DNA of 64,000 bases from Octopus sinensis (lineage: Eukaryota). This document shows positions 48,270 through 63,361 of the stretch, in pieces. The stretch spans positions 15,004,001-15,068,000 of the forward strand of contig NC_043013.1 of assembly GCF_006345805.1 (NCBI RefSeq), written 5' to 3'. The notes beneath the pieces were generated by a model that ran no database searches, was not told the origin of the DNA, and saw nothing but the letters and a program-made list of their open reading frames with translations. Positions within the stretch are counted from its first letter, which is position 1, and each line of letters starts with the position of its first letter. Made by a program: the position numbers and the translations under genes.

Positions 48270-50539
48270 AGCATCCTGAAGTTCTTTCTTTACAACATGG
48301 ACTGCTACAGTCTCCTAAATTGCACTTTCAAGGTTTCTGACACATTTATATGTTACTGATGCTTTGCATGTGGTCCAGATTGAAATAGTGATATCCTGAA
48401 GGATAGTATTGGCATCTCCAGAATTATAAAATGCAATCCAGTTTGGGGCTCTGTGACTCAGTATAAAAGAGCAGCAGTCCTCAACCATTTTTCCACCACA
48501 GACCAGTTTCATGCAAGACAATTTTTCCATGGACTGGGGGATCATGTGCATAACAAAACACAAAAAAAGCTTATAATATATAATTTATTTCATATATATA
48601 TTTCTTTACTGCCCACAAGAGGGGACAAACAAGGACAGACGAAGGGATTAAGTCGATTATATCACCCCCAGTGTGAAACTGGTACTTTATTTATCGACCC
48701 CGAAAGGATGAAAGGCAAAGTTGACCTCAGCGAAATTTGAACTCAGAACGTAACGACAGACGAAATACCGCTAAGCATTTCGCCCGGCGCGCTAACGTGT
48801 CTGCCAGCTCGCCATGTATATGTTATATATATAATACAAAAAACACTCAGCAGACTGTGATAGTTGATAAAATAGAAACAGAATTTACAAATATATTCTT
48901 TCTGAGTAGCCCAGTACCAAATGATCCACAGCCCGATACTGATCCATGATCAGGTGGTAGGGGCCCCTTGCAATAGAGTTCCAGTCAACTTTGTCTTAGT
49001 CAAAATAAGTAGTTTGTGGGTGATGACATGACAGGCTTTTTTTTTTCTGCCTGTAAGAGAGAGACTGTAATGATCATAGCACGATCAGTCACTTAAAGGT
49101 TCCTTGGTAGTGATACTGATAACATTTCCAGACTCAGTGGTAAACAGCAGATCCAAGGTGTTGTTACCTCTTGTGGAGAGGTGACTATTTGGGACCAGTT
49201 TGAATCTAACACCAGAACTAGGAAATCATTTGCAACTTGTAGCCAGTGGAAGGTTTTCCAATCAAACCTTGAATAAACAAAATCACCAATCATAAGGTAA
49301 ATAGCTGTTTTCCTAGATGCAGCTGTCAAAAATTTATGTCTTGGTGGTAGGTTGTGGAACAGTAAACAACTCCAAGTGTTGAAGTCCTTATAAAAATATC
49401 ACTTAAAATTACCTCTTGTTGTAACTGGTTCAAATTCTCACAAGGACTTGTTGAAAAACTTGAGTAAATGTAAACCATTGCTCTCCCCCAACAGTAATTA
49501 AAGCAGTCTTTGCGAAACAAGCTGTAGCCAGCCTAGCTAAAAACACTGTCGTAGAGTAAACAATGTATCCATGTTTCTGTGACTGTAATGGAATTGGAAT
49601 CAATACTTTTGATGTAAGAGTTTGCTGCACAAACTACAGGCATTTCGAAAACAGTAAATTGTATCTTCTTTGACTTGTTTCGGTTATTGGACTGCATTAA
49701 TCACAGAGTGTATTAGAAAAATCACAAAGACTGAAGATGCATTATCAAATCCTCTAGCTTTGATACAAATAGAATGGTACATAATTCTTCTCTTCCTGTG
49801 GCATTTTAGTAAATTAAAACGAAGGATTAATTAAATATGCATATTGCTTTGTGTACCTTAATTGGGTTGTGCCCGTCTATTTGAAATATGTGTAAGACAA
49901 TTTAATTGCTAACAATGTATTTTCATTCTTTGTGTTTACATATATACATCATCATCATCATCATCACCATCATCCTTTAAAATCTGTTTTCAATGCTTGT
50001 GTTAAATGGTGGTGTGATGATGATGATGATGATATATGAATATACATACATACAGAATCTCCCGCGAGGTGGTGAAGAATGAGAGACTCAACAGTACAGA
50101 TCCAATGGTCATGACAAAGAATAAGCTACAGATCCAGAGGCAGCCCCGAGTACCCTTAACTGGAGAGATAGTGGGAGTGAAATGTCTCTGTGGAAATATC
50201 TGCAAAGGCTCAAGATACACTGAGTCAGGCTGGACCGTGGGAAGGAAGAGCCACAGTTGCAGTTCTCAGTAGTAGCACCTGTTGAAACATCAGTAGTTGG
50301 GGAGGTACTGGAAGTAAAGAGTCACTGCAGAAAGATCTGCAAGAATGAAAAAGGGCTCAAGGAGGAAATAAGGAGCAGCAACTTGGCCACCTCTGCTGAC
50401 CCACCAATGGGAGGGTGTTACAGTTCAGGGTCAAAACATTCGATGAACATTGGATACTGTCTGATGATGTCAGTTCCTTCTGGCCAAGGCTCCATTCACT
50501 TTGGAGAATAGAAAAAGCACCTTCTTATAGGTGTTATTA

Positions 50540-50584
<45 letters not shown>

Positions 50585-51618
50585 CAAGGTGGGGGGGGCT
50601 GAAAAGTTCTTGGCTTTGAGTAAAAGAAAATAGAGGAGGATCAGTTAATTATGATTTTATTCAACATATTCCCCTCTCAGATTCACACACTTATTGCAGC
50701 GGTCCTTCAGTTTTTCCTAAACCCTGTAAAAGAACTCGGATGGTTGGGCCTCCAACTAGGCCTTTCACAATACCCTTAAAGCCAGGAACCAAGTAAGTGT
50801 TAAGCTAAGAGTTAACTTGACCCTTCACTGGTTTGTTTCATCATCTTTTTCACAGCAACCACAAATTGGATGTCTCTGTTTGTGTAGAATGCTTTGTAGT
50901 ATTCTGACTGTGTGTGCTCAGAGTTCAAACACTACTGACATCAACTTTGCATTTTATTTTTCAGGGTTGATGAACATGTACAAATCAAAGGCAGTGGATT
51001 GGCAGAAGAGTAAAAACACTGGACCAGATGTTTTGCTGTATTTGTTCCAGCTGTTTACATTCTGAGTTCAAATCCCAACATGGCCTACATGAATGATAGG
51101 CTTAATCCATCACCCAGTTTAACACCACCACATGCCACCATCGGTACCTTTAGCAAACTCCACTCTTGTTGTAAGCATTTGGGGGTCAGGTCTCTGGTTT
51201 GAGAATAACTTCTAGTGACCTTCCATCCCAAGATTCTTAGACGCCTTGTAAATTATCATTATCATCAATAACTTTAACAATAATAATGGTTTCAAATTTT
51301 GGCACACGGCCAGCAATTTTGTGGGAGTGGGTAAGCTGATTACATCGATCCCAGTGTTCAACTGGTACTTATTTTATTGACCCCAGAAGGATGAAAGGCA
51401 AAGGTGACCTTGGTCGAATTTGAACTCAGCATGTAAAGACAGACAAAATGCCCCTAAGCATTTTGCCTACTGTGCCAATGATTCTGCCAGCTCACTGCCT
51501 TCACTTCAACAATAATAATGGGAGTAAAACCATTAACAACAAACACAATTTGATTTCTTCTGTGATTTTATTTATTTAGTTTTATCAGATATTGTTAACA
51601 GTTTTTCAGAAGCAGTTT

Positions 51619-51621
<3 letters not shown>

Positions 51622-51685
<64 letters not shown>

Positions 51686-51775
51686 TATATGTATATATAT
51701 ATGAATGTATAGATATATATATGTATTCATATATATGTATGTGTACGTATATATATATATATATATATATATATC

Positions 51776-51819
<44 letters not shown>

Positions 51820-51900
51820 TATGTATGCACATATATATATATATATAAATATATATGTATGTATACATATATATATATACACATAGATATATATGTATAC

Positions 51901-51939
<39 letters not shown>

Positions 51940-52103
51940 CATACATATATATATATATATACATACATATAAATATATATATATATACATACATATAAAT
52001 ATATATGTATACATACATATATATATAAATACATACATATATATATAAATACATATAAATATATGTGTATACATACATATATACATACATATAAATATAT
52101 ATG

Positions 52104-52136
<33 letters not shown>

Positions 52137-52267
52137 GTGAATATATACATACATATATACATACATATATATATATATGTATATATGTGAATATATACAT
52201 ACATATATACATACATATATATATATATGTATATATGTGAATATATACATACATATATATATATATA
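51622..52267. repeat. Long (TA)n/(TACA)n low-complexity tract
   Basis: Direct inspection. Confidence 0.95.
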
Positions 52268-53440
52268 TTCAGTTTTAATTTGATAATCAATGGATGGATC
52301 AATTGAAATATTCAAAGATAATAATAGAAATAACAAAACAAAACATGAAATAAACAAAAATAAAATATTCATTTCTTTTTTTGTCTCTCTTCAAAATAAC
52401 AGTTTGAGGTGAGATGTAACTGAAGATAATCTAAGTTTGTTTTCTCTTTTTTTTTGTCTTAAAAAAAAAAAGGTGAAAGACTATTTTTAGCAAGAACTCT
52501 GTAATACTGATGGGTACACTTTGAAACTCAGCGACTGAAGTACTCTGTCAACAGCATCAGAGGAAAGGATGAAGGTAGAGAAAGCATGAAGATAGAGAAA
52601 TTAACAATAGAATTATACATTAAATAATAGAGATTAAATATCATGTTTGATATGGAGAAGTTGTAATGCATATGCATGTGTGTATACATGTATGTATAAT
52701 ATGGTCCTGGGTTCACCAGTTCATAGGAACACGGTCAGGCCATGGTCAGAAGGAAAAATGAAAATAGGAATTAATGTGTGAAGTCTGAGTGTCAATATGT
52801 TTTATAAAAAAAAAAAATTGAGTCCAACAAAATACGTTTGTGACTACACAAAATATGTTATATCAGACTCAATGTTTATAATGTAAACATATATATATAT
52901 AAAAATCTTGTATGTATACATATATATACATATATATATATGTATGTACATATTGATATATACATATATATGAATATATATATATACATACACATTTATA
53001 TAAATTTATGTGCACATGTACATACACATACACACATATAAATACATATGCATACATACACACACAAAAATTAGAGGGGAATCAGGGTTAGTAATGCATA
53101 GAGTCAGAAAAGCAATTACAAAGTACATAGCTTTAAATAAACACACACACATGTATATGTACCCACACACACAAACATACATACATACATATACACATAC
53201 TGATATATATAGAATTATACAGGCAAGTTTTTTTTTGTTTTTGTCTTTTTTAAATGTAAACTATTTATTAAACATTACACATTTGTATATGCAAGATTTC
53301 TTTAACGTAAAATCTTATGACTAACTCCTCCATAGGAATTCAACTAACATTCATCTCCTGCTGTCTTATTCAATTAGAGGTCCACAATCCAATTTCTGCC
53401 AAGGACTTCATCATAATACCGACACATCAAATACTTTGAA

Positions 53441-53507
<67 letters not shown>

Positions 53508-53790
53508 CAGACAGACAGATGTATGGTATGATTATCCACACACACACATGTATATAAACCCAATGTTTATATAATATATACACATTAAATACATATAAAT
53601 CAAATGTTCATATATATATATATATGCACAGGCACATGCATGGCATATATTTAAATGCATGATATATAATGTATATACATACATATATGAATATACATTG
53701 TCATCAAGTAAATCCATAATCAGAAATACTAAATGAAAAACAGATAAGCATATATGGTCTCAATAATATATTTATACAAATGGATATTAT

Positions 53791-53821
<31 letters not shown>

Positions 53822-53992
53822 TAAATACATCAAACAATATTTATATATATTAAATATATTTAACTTTTTTTTTAATTATCGATAAACAAGATATCACATT
53901 CAGAAGTTCTAAGCTACCTGAAAAAATATAGACTGGGATGCATCAAACTTCTAAATTCCTTTATCTGAAACACGATAAATTAACTGTGATTA

Positions 53993-54032
<40 letters not shown>

Positions 54033-54418
54033 CATTAGTAAGGCAGAATTGTTGGAGTACCAAACAAAATACCTTATGGTGTTTTTTCAGATTTGTTTAC
54101 ATCACAAGTTCAGATCCTGCCCAGGTCAATTTTCCCTCTTATCTTTTTAGCGGGTTGATAAAATAATGTACCGTCAAGTACTAAAATCAATGACAAAATT
54201 TTATGCCCCTCCCCTCATAAATTGTTGGCCTTGTAACTAAATTAAAAGTAATTAAAGGTAGTGTGCTGGAAGGTAGAACCATTATAACATCAATTTTGCC
54301 AATTGTACTTTAATGGTTCAATATAAATAAAGTACCAGTCAATTACTGGGATCAATACTATTGACTAATCCCTTTCTCTCAAAACTGCTGGAACAAAATT
54401 AAAACCATTATCATCATT

Positions 54419-54454
<36 letters not shown>

Positions 54455-57400
54455 CATTATTATTATTTTAAGTAGTAGTAGGGCATTGCTGAAGACTGGG
54501 CTTCTGGGTTCCCCTGCATAACATTTCAGCAATACATCTATAACACCGAGATCATCATTGTGCAGTTTAAAACCATGACTGAAAAGTACCAGATGTAATA
54601 ACTGCTTGCATTCAATACATATGTATATATAATGAATATTATAAATAGATAAAAAAATTTATATATATATATATATATATATACACATACATACATACAT
54701 ACATACATACACATGCACACACACACACACACAAGCAAACACATCAGAGGGCAGTTGGGGTAAATTATAGAAACATTTAATGCCAGAAAAAGTGATTAAA
54801 AAATCTAATTTCATGGCTGTAATATTATATGGTGTGTGTATTTTTGGAAAACTAACAATGAAAGTGCTTACACACAATATGAAAACTTCATTCCAAAGGG
54901 TTCGTGCTATTCTGTTTTCCTAAGAAATTTTTTAAATAGTTAATAAATTTTTAGAAAATCTTTCTTTAAATATTGTGACTGTATCACATATATTTTGCAA
55001 AAAGTTTTAAATACATATATATATATATAAATTAGAAAAAAGACCATCATTTATCAATTCAATAATGAAAAATTAAATTATACCATCTAGAAAATTACAT
55101 ATTATAGAAAGATTAAATATAAGATAAAACATAATATAATATATATATATATATTTTGTGAAATTTGATTTAGTATTTCTAAATTGAATTTTTCCCTGTA
55201 AGTTTGGAATAATATTCCCTCATTGTTGTATATGTAAGGCTTTTGTAAAATAATAATTAACTTAAAGAATACTTAGAGTTCAGTGAAACTTAATTTTTTT
55301 CATTTTTATAAAATTTCTAATATCATAAATGTCAAGAATTATTAACAAGTTGAATTTAATAGGATTTTAACAAGAGACATTACAGAGTTAAGGATAAGAG
55401 AAAGTTTGATATAAAAAGTAAAATTTTGTTATGTATAAATATATTGTAATTTCTACTTTGTCTTTCTCTCCTGATGAGATAAATAACCCATCCTATTTAA
55501 ATTTATTTGTTATGTATGTTGATTATATGACTATATAAATGATGATGTTCCTATTCCACTGAGTCAGCTGTCAAAAGCAAATTATGAAACATGTAAAATT
55601 CATGCTTTATTTCTATTTACCATAGCCATCTGTATCATAATTAATGTAGACACATTGTTGATAGGTTAGTTACTAGTATTTGTACTTAGATAACATGTTC
55701 TATGGACTTGCTGAGTAAAAACAGAATAATTATTAGACAGAGACCGTACATTCATCCCAGCAGAGGCCACAAGAACACCAGATGCATTTCGACCTTTGGG
55801 GCTTTTTCAGTACACACAGCCAGCCACAAGCTCAATTCATGAGAGATGTTATTTCAGGACAAATACTGCAGTAACTGACTTATCAACAGTGTGTATACGT
55901 TGAGCATGATACATAGATGGCTGTTTAATTAAATACTGACTCACTTGTATACACCAGATTCCAGTGAACTATCACACACACACACACACACATACAAGAC
56001 TTAACTTCTTCAAATTCTAGTATTGTAATAACCACTAGATATTATAAATAATGGAGTCCAATATTCAACAATGAAAGTGTTTTGGCATTAGGAAGGGCAT
56101 ATCCCGCCGTAGAAACACTGCCAGATCAGACTGGAGCCTGGTGCAGCCTCCTGGCTTCCCAGACTCCGGTCGAACTGTCCAATCCATGCTAGCATGGAAA
56201 ACGGACGTTAAACGATGATGATGATACTGTTCAATTGTCAGAAATATTTAGAGATCATCCAAGTTCTCAATTTTATTGTTTTTCATTGCAAAATTTGTAT
56301 TTGAATTGCCAAATATCATTATCAGTTATAGGTTTAATGACAATTAAGATAGGTATTTTAGTGATTATTATAGTTAAATTTGTCTACCTTTCTATTACTT
56401 CAAGTTTTTAAACAAATGGCAATCATCAGATTGTGATTCAATACTAATATATTTCAGTTGCTGCACTGTCTGATGATTGCCATTCAGGAATAAATTTGAA
56501 GTAATGCAGAAAAATACACTTTGATAATAAAATACATATTTACTCTTCTTGACATTTTGACTAAACTTTAGTTTGCTTGTACTACCATGTATGTGTACTT
56601 TGCTTATGTATGCCAATGTGTATGTTCTTTGGCTAACAAAAACAATTAGATAAGCAATGTGTGTTTGTGTGTACATATACTCTATAAGTTTTTTATAGTG
56701 ATCTTCATTTGAACCAATGTGTAAAGATGTTTCAATAAATATAAACAGAAAAAAAAACACATAAAAACTTATTGATTAGCAATGCATTATTGGAATGTTG
56801 ATATTCTGAGGTCATAATTAGAAAGTAGATGTGGTAAAATTGTCAATTAAAATTACATTCAAACAGGACAAGAAGCTATCAAAACTAAAGGTGACCCCAC
56901 CTTCTTCGTTCAAACATAGCTAAAAAAAACAAACAAACATTCAAATATGGTTAAAAACTGTCAGATCTAGGTGTGACCCACTCTTTTAATACCAACCCAC
57001 CTGGAGCTAACCTTTTTTCTATGAAATGAACTTCTTATGTTCATAAATATGATGTCATGTAAGTAAATATAATTATACCAATTCACAAAATGCGGTTAAT
57101 AGCCTAAAATTAAAATCTTCCATCAAAATATGTTATGCTTCAAATACTAGCTTAATAATCACAAATTTGTTTTACTAAATTCTTTATTATTTTCAAAATT
57201 AAGTGGAGTAAAAGCAATGCATTCCAAAAGAAATATGACAGCACAAGGGCTGAGCACTGTTACATCTGTGTCTGATTAAAAACTCTCACATCCAAGGAAA
57301 AAAGTTATTGTAGGCAATCAAGACCAAACCAAATGCTATCACATCCAATCATGACTAGAAGCTGTTATATCCCTCTATGACCAAACTAAAAGCAGTCATA

Positions 57401-57979
57401 TCCATGCATGACCAAACCAAAAGCAATCATGTTCATGAATGACCAGGTAAAAAGCAGCCATATTCATAACAAACTGACCAAAAGCAGCTGCATTCATGAA
57501 TGACTAGGCAAAAAGCTGTTGTATTCCATAAATGATGAGAAAGAAAAAGATGCAAGTTTTAAAAAAATGAATAAACAAAAATTTATACAAAAAAAAAAAG
57601 CAGGAATGTACTAGAATCAAATAAAACAAGAGATAAGAAGAGAAGTTAACAGAAAATAATGAACTTTGCTGAAGAGAAAAACAGACACATTTATAGATGG
57701 AGATAAGGTCATCTGATGGTAAATAACTCTTTCAGGACATTTTCATAAGGCAAAATATTTGTAAATATTGATATTGCAAATAATAACAACAAAACAAACA
57801 GCAATATACAATAACGTTTTAAGGCCATTTTTTTCAGTTTAAGTAGAGGTTAACCTTGTGGTATCCCATGATAGTCAATATAATTTCCTTTCATGGCTAA
57901 CACTCCTCCAGTCAACCTTTTTTCATGTAATGACATGAGAAGATACTGTGCACCTATTGTAAAACCAGGAGACACATGG

Positions 57980-58026
<47 letters not shown>

Positions 58027-59084
58027 CAACAACAACAACAACATTAATAATAATAATGATAACAATAATAATAATAATAACAATGGCTTCAAATTTTGCC
58101 ACAAGGGCAGCAATTTTATGGGAGGGGATGAGTCAATTACATCAACCCCAGTGTTCAACTGGTATTTATTTTATTGACCCTAAAAGGATGAAAAGCAAAG
58201 TCAACCTCAGTGGAATTTGAACTCTGAACGTAAAGACAGGCAAAGTACTGCTAAGCATTTAGTCCAGTGTGCTAATGGTTCCTTCAGCTCAACACCTTAA
58301 TGATAATAAAAATAATAATAATCGTTTCTACTATAGGCACAAGGCCTGACATTTTGAAGGAGGGAGACAGGCAATTACTCAACTGATACTTATTTTATCA
58401 ACCCCAAAAGGATGAAAGGCAACGTCGACCTCAGCAAATAAACCTGGAAAAAATGCTGCTAAGCATTTTCTCTAGCATGTTAACCATTCTGTCTGTTCAC
58501 CGCCTTAATAAGAAGAATTATTTCTTACATTATAATAATAATGACAATGATGATGATGATGATGATTATTATTCTTTCAAATTTTGGCACAAAGCAGCAA
58601 TTTTAAGAGGAGAGGATTAGATCAATTACATCAATCCTAGTACTTAACTGGTACTTTATTTTATTGACCCTCAAAAGATTAAAGGCAATGGTGACATCAG
58701 TAGGATTTGAACTTAGAATGTGAAGAGCTGGAAGAAATGCTGCTGAGCTTTTTATCCATTGTGCTAATGATTCTGTTAGCTCACTGCCCTAATGATGAGG
58801 AGGAGGAGGAGGAGGAATGATGACAATGAGGATAAGAAAAAAATAAGAATGTAATGTCAGTTGTTTGTAGATGAAATTATTCTAAGATATTCTTTATTGA
58901 AACTCAAAAACATATTTGAACTTTTGAAAAAAATGTTTGTCATTTCTCATTCAATAAATATATATTCTATTTTTGGTACTTTGGGAGGGGTATTGTGCCA
59001 ATAAAAACATATGCACTAGCTGTGGTTCACTTCTTTATTTTTAATTAATTGAATTAATTAACAATAAAATAAAAGTGAAGTACA

Positions 59085-59132
<48 letters not shown>

Positions 59133-60290
59133 GTTTTGTGTGATTTTCACGGACAGAATGACATCCCCAAAGAATCTTGCAAATACAATGTCAAAATAAT
59201 ATATTTTGTTTTCTTTCACAAAAACAATCAAAATGTACAGATTAACAAGCAAAAAGAAAATATCAGATAATAAATAACAACCTGTAATAGAAAATGAGGA
59301 ATGGTTAAAGTGAGATGATGTCTGGAATTGGTGGCATTGGGAGGAGGGTAAAGGAAAGCGATTTTTGTTTTGTTTTGTTTTGCATTGTCAGACTCACACC
59401 TGAAAAATTACTATAAAACATGATGGATTTAAAGCAATAAGACCCACAAATGGCATTAAGATCCTGTCCAAAATTTATTTTGTGTAATCATCAAAAATTC
59501 TGAATGTACAAACATTTATTTCACACCACCATTATTAGTAGTAGTTAGAATTAGTAGTAGTATTATTTATGGTATAATTTACAGATAATTTGTTCACATT
59601 GGCTTATTTAATTGAGTTAATGAACTCAATAACTAGATAGGGTTTATATTATTTTTATTTATTTATTATTATTATTTAAATTTTTTTTGGTGGGCAGGAG
59701 CTGAATATTTTGACGTAAAAAAAATTAAGATTTAAGCAAAATAACAACAACAAAAATGAATTAACAATTTAAACAGTGAAAAACAAAATAAATGAAGAGC
59801 ATTGTAGCTTGCTTGAAGCATTGTGATGAGGAAGTCAAATGAGTAAAGATGGAGAGCTTCCCATAATGTGGAGAAGGAATAAATTTAATAACACTCATAT
59901 TTCAAGCACAGAGACCCATCATCAATAATAAACAATGAAAGAATTATCAGTCTTTGCAGACACTGATCATATTGGTAGTGGCGCAGACAGTAGAAGAGAA
60001 GAGTTGGTAGATGTAGAAGTAGAATTGGTGGCATCCATACCCTGCAGCAAGTGATCAGTGATCATAGTAGCAGTGACCGACAATATCAGTGGGGGGGGGG
60101 GCTATTGTCACCAACTCACACACCGATGCAACTGCTACTGTCTACCACCACCAGCTTCAGTACAGGTGGTCACTTCCATCACAATTATAACCAACCAACA
60201 GTTAGCTACATAGTATTGACTCTGCTATGACCACTGCTGTTACCATTTGGGAAACCACCTTCACTGCTTCTCTTAATGATCACTGTCATT

Positions 60291-60448
60291 CAGGGGAGGA
60301 CTGAGCTGTTGGTCAACTGGACACTGCTTGAGAGCTCAGAGCTCTGAGGGGCCTACACTCTACATGTTAACTCTACTACAACACACATTCAAAAGGGCCC
60401 AGTAAACAGTTATGCCTGAGGGCCCTTAATACTCTCAGTCTACCCCTG
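60291..60448. mobile_element. hAT-like MITE
   Basis: TIRs CAGGGGAGGACTGAG / CTCAGTCTACCCCTG; degenerate 8-bp TSD CTGTCATT / CTGTTACT. Confidence 0.6.
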
Positions 60449-61734
60449 CTGTTACTGTTATCATAATCACTGATCACTCACTGCTGCTCCACCATTTACA
60501 TAGACACTGAAAGTTATGGATGCCACCGATTCCACTTCCCCTCATACAACCAGCCCATCTATTTCTGCTGGCTTGACCACAAACAACATGGCCAGTATCT
60601 AAATAGAATGATAATTCTGTGTTTGTTTACTTCTGATATTGAGCCTTTCTGATGAAAAGGTTATTACATTTATTCCCTTTTCTGCAATTTTGCCTTACTC
60701 ATTAAACAAAATAACTATTTTAATATAACAGTAATCATTCTTTAAAAATGTATGTGCAGAGTTTTATAATTAGTACTCTTTAAATCAATTAGGAAGTGAA
60801 ATTTTCCACAATTTCAGAATTTCTAAAATACCTGGTGACAATATCATATTTATAAACATAATTTTGACTTGACTTTAATAAAAAGATTAATCAAAAAGTT
60901 GCTTTTGGTTTTTTTTTGTTTTCTTCTTTCATTAAACATGGGGAAATGGGGGTGGGTAGATAATTGTTTTTCAATAAAAGATTATTAATTGTGATATTAA
61001 TCTCATCTTGAGTACTTTGGTAATTCAGATTTAATTAGACAACAAAGATGATACCTGAAGGCAGTGAAACAGTCTTGTAAATTCAATGTCATGTAAGCAA
61101 ATATAATTATACCAATTCACAAAATGAGGTTAATAGCCTAATTAATTATTCCCTGCCACAAAAAAAAAGAGAAAAATCACAGCTTTACATAAATTAAAAT
61201 TCTAATAAAATTCAAAGGTATAATGCTTTTTAATCAGTTTTATTAATTAGTCTAATAATTATTTGCAATGGTTTAGAGTTTTTCATTAACTCCATCATTA
61301 GGTTGCTACTGGTATCTACTGTCTGTTAGTATATTCCACAAACGGTTATTTAGTATTATCACATTTTATTGCAGCTCTTCAGGGATAACATAGAGATATT
61401 GCAGCTCTGAACAGTTGCTGAACCTTTTTCTGCAAGGCACATGTGGGACCTATAATAGATTACTGCCTACATATCTGTGACGGTGCACTTGCCACAAACA
61501 CACATTCTTAAAAGAGTCATCTATCTAATTAGTAATGATGCACTCACTAGCACACCTGTAATCACAGCACACCTGCACACAGTCTCTTTATCACTCTCAT
61601 TCTCTTCTCCCATTTCTATAACAGTTTGTTCCACAAAACAAATAAGCTGTATATCACATAATAAACACATCTCTTATCCTCTTTTTATCGAATTGGTCAG
61701 GAGGAATAAGTTGTATCCATGGCTTTTAAATAGT

Positions 61735-61937
61735 TTATTATTATTATTATTATTATTATTATCATTATTATTATCATTATTATTATTAAAATTATTATTA
61801 TTAAAATCATTATTATTATTATTATTATTATCACCATTATTATTACTATCATTATTATCATTATCATTATTATTATTATCATCATTATTATTGTTATTAT
61901 TATCATTATTATTATTATTGTTGTTATTATTATTATT
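61735..61937. repeat. (ATT)n trinucleotide microsatellite (similar tracts at 57981-58082, 8686-8728 and 63331-63400)
   Basis: Direct inspection. Confidence 0.95.
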
Positions 61938-62132
61938 AAAGTGGTGAACTGGCAGAATTATTAGCATGGTAAACAAAATGTTTGGCAATATTTCTTCCAC
62001 CTCTTTACATTCTGAGTTTAAATGCCACCAAAACCAAGTTTGTCTTTCCTTTCAGGAGGTAACTACATAAAGTACCAGTCAAGAACTGAGGTCAATATAA
62101 TCAGCCAATTGCTGACTTTCTACCAAAATTTG

Positions 62133-62163
<31 letters not shown>

Positions 62164-62269
62164 TATAGGAAAACTCACAGCTTATTTTGCTGGGTATGAT
62201 GGGACATATCAGCTGTCCACAGCCAGCAGACCAAGATGACACTTGTTTATTGATCATGCTTCAAGAACC

Positions 62270-62745
62270 CTGTGAAGAATTCTTGCAGTTCCAAGCAATG
62301 CTGAATTTTGTAGGTGTTCTACCTTCACACTTGCACTAATTCTTTTTCAGCCATGTTGGTAGTTGAGTGCTGATACTTCCAAGTGCACCAATTACTATTG
62401 GTATCACGTCTACTCTCCTCATTGACCACAACCTCCGTATTTTCCACATCATCATCATCATTATTATTATTTCATATATACACAAAAGATTAGACAGTTT
62501 GAAAAAAATTCTTACCATTGGGCTACAATAACTAACCTTAGATGCCAAGAACCTTCCTAAGTATTGTAGCTGTCCCTAACAACAGTTTTCTGGAGCTGCA
62601 CTAAACTTGGTCTTATGCCTATTTCATTCTACCCATTCACTGAAATCTTTAGGAATAGTTCCTAATGCACCTATAACAACAGGTATATATTTTACTTGCA
62701 CTTTCCATGGCCTCTGTAACTCAATGGCTAGGTCCTTCAGAATTT
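62270..62745 (-). mobile_element. Two 3' fragments of a non-LTR retrotransposon with restriction-like endonuclease (R4/CRE-like)
   Basis: IRRLWSMRRVDVIPIVIGALGSI and DLAIELQRPWKVQVKYIPVVIGALGTIPK match the C-terminal RLE motif pattern. Confidence 0.7.
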
Positions 62746-63330
62746 CCTAAAATTTCTTCACAGCAATGAAACACCAGGTAGACATCTATAATCAACAATC
62801 TGTGTGTGTGTGTCTGTGTGTGCACATGCATGCTTGTATACGAACAGTATTATTTTACTGAAGGTATTTGGGTTACTACTAATCTAGCATGTTTGTTTGT
62901 TTATTTCTATTTTACAACACACATAATGAACAAGTGTCATGGTTTACAGGCTTAAAATAGACCAATAACTGGTTCACTGTATTTTTGACATGTATTAAGG
63001 ATTCTGTGTCATTGTATTTGTATTATATATGTAATATAAATGTTTTATAAATGTAGTAATTATATTATGTATTATGTACTTTATTGTATTTTCATATGCG
63101 TGTGACTCATGCACTGTGGAAAAATAATATTAATTATTATTATTATTAAGGTGGCAAGCTGGTAGTGGCATTTCCTGAATTTACATTCTGTGTTCAAATG
63201 CTACTAGGGTTGACTTTACCTTTCATCCTTTTGGGGGTCAGTAAAATAAGTACCATCTAAACACTGGGGTCAGTGTTATCAACTTACCTCCAGCCCTGAA
63301 ATTGCCGGTCTTATGCCAAAATTTGAAACC

Positions 63331-63361
<31 letters not shown>

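Noticed and set aside
51572-52372. Longest ORFs in the track (266, 209 and 191 aa)
   Set aside because: I/Y/M/C-only translations of a (TA)n microsatellite.
61477-62000. Poly-Leu / poly-Asn ORFs (also 57850-58177)
   Set aside because: Translations of (ATT)n tails attached to SINEs.
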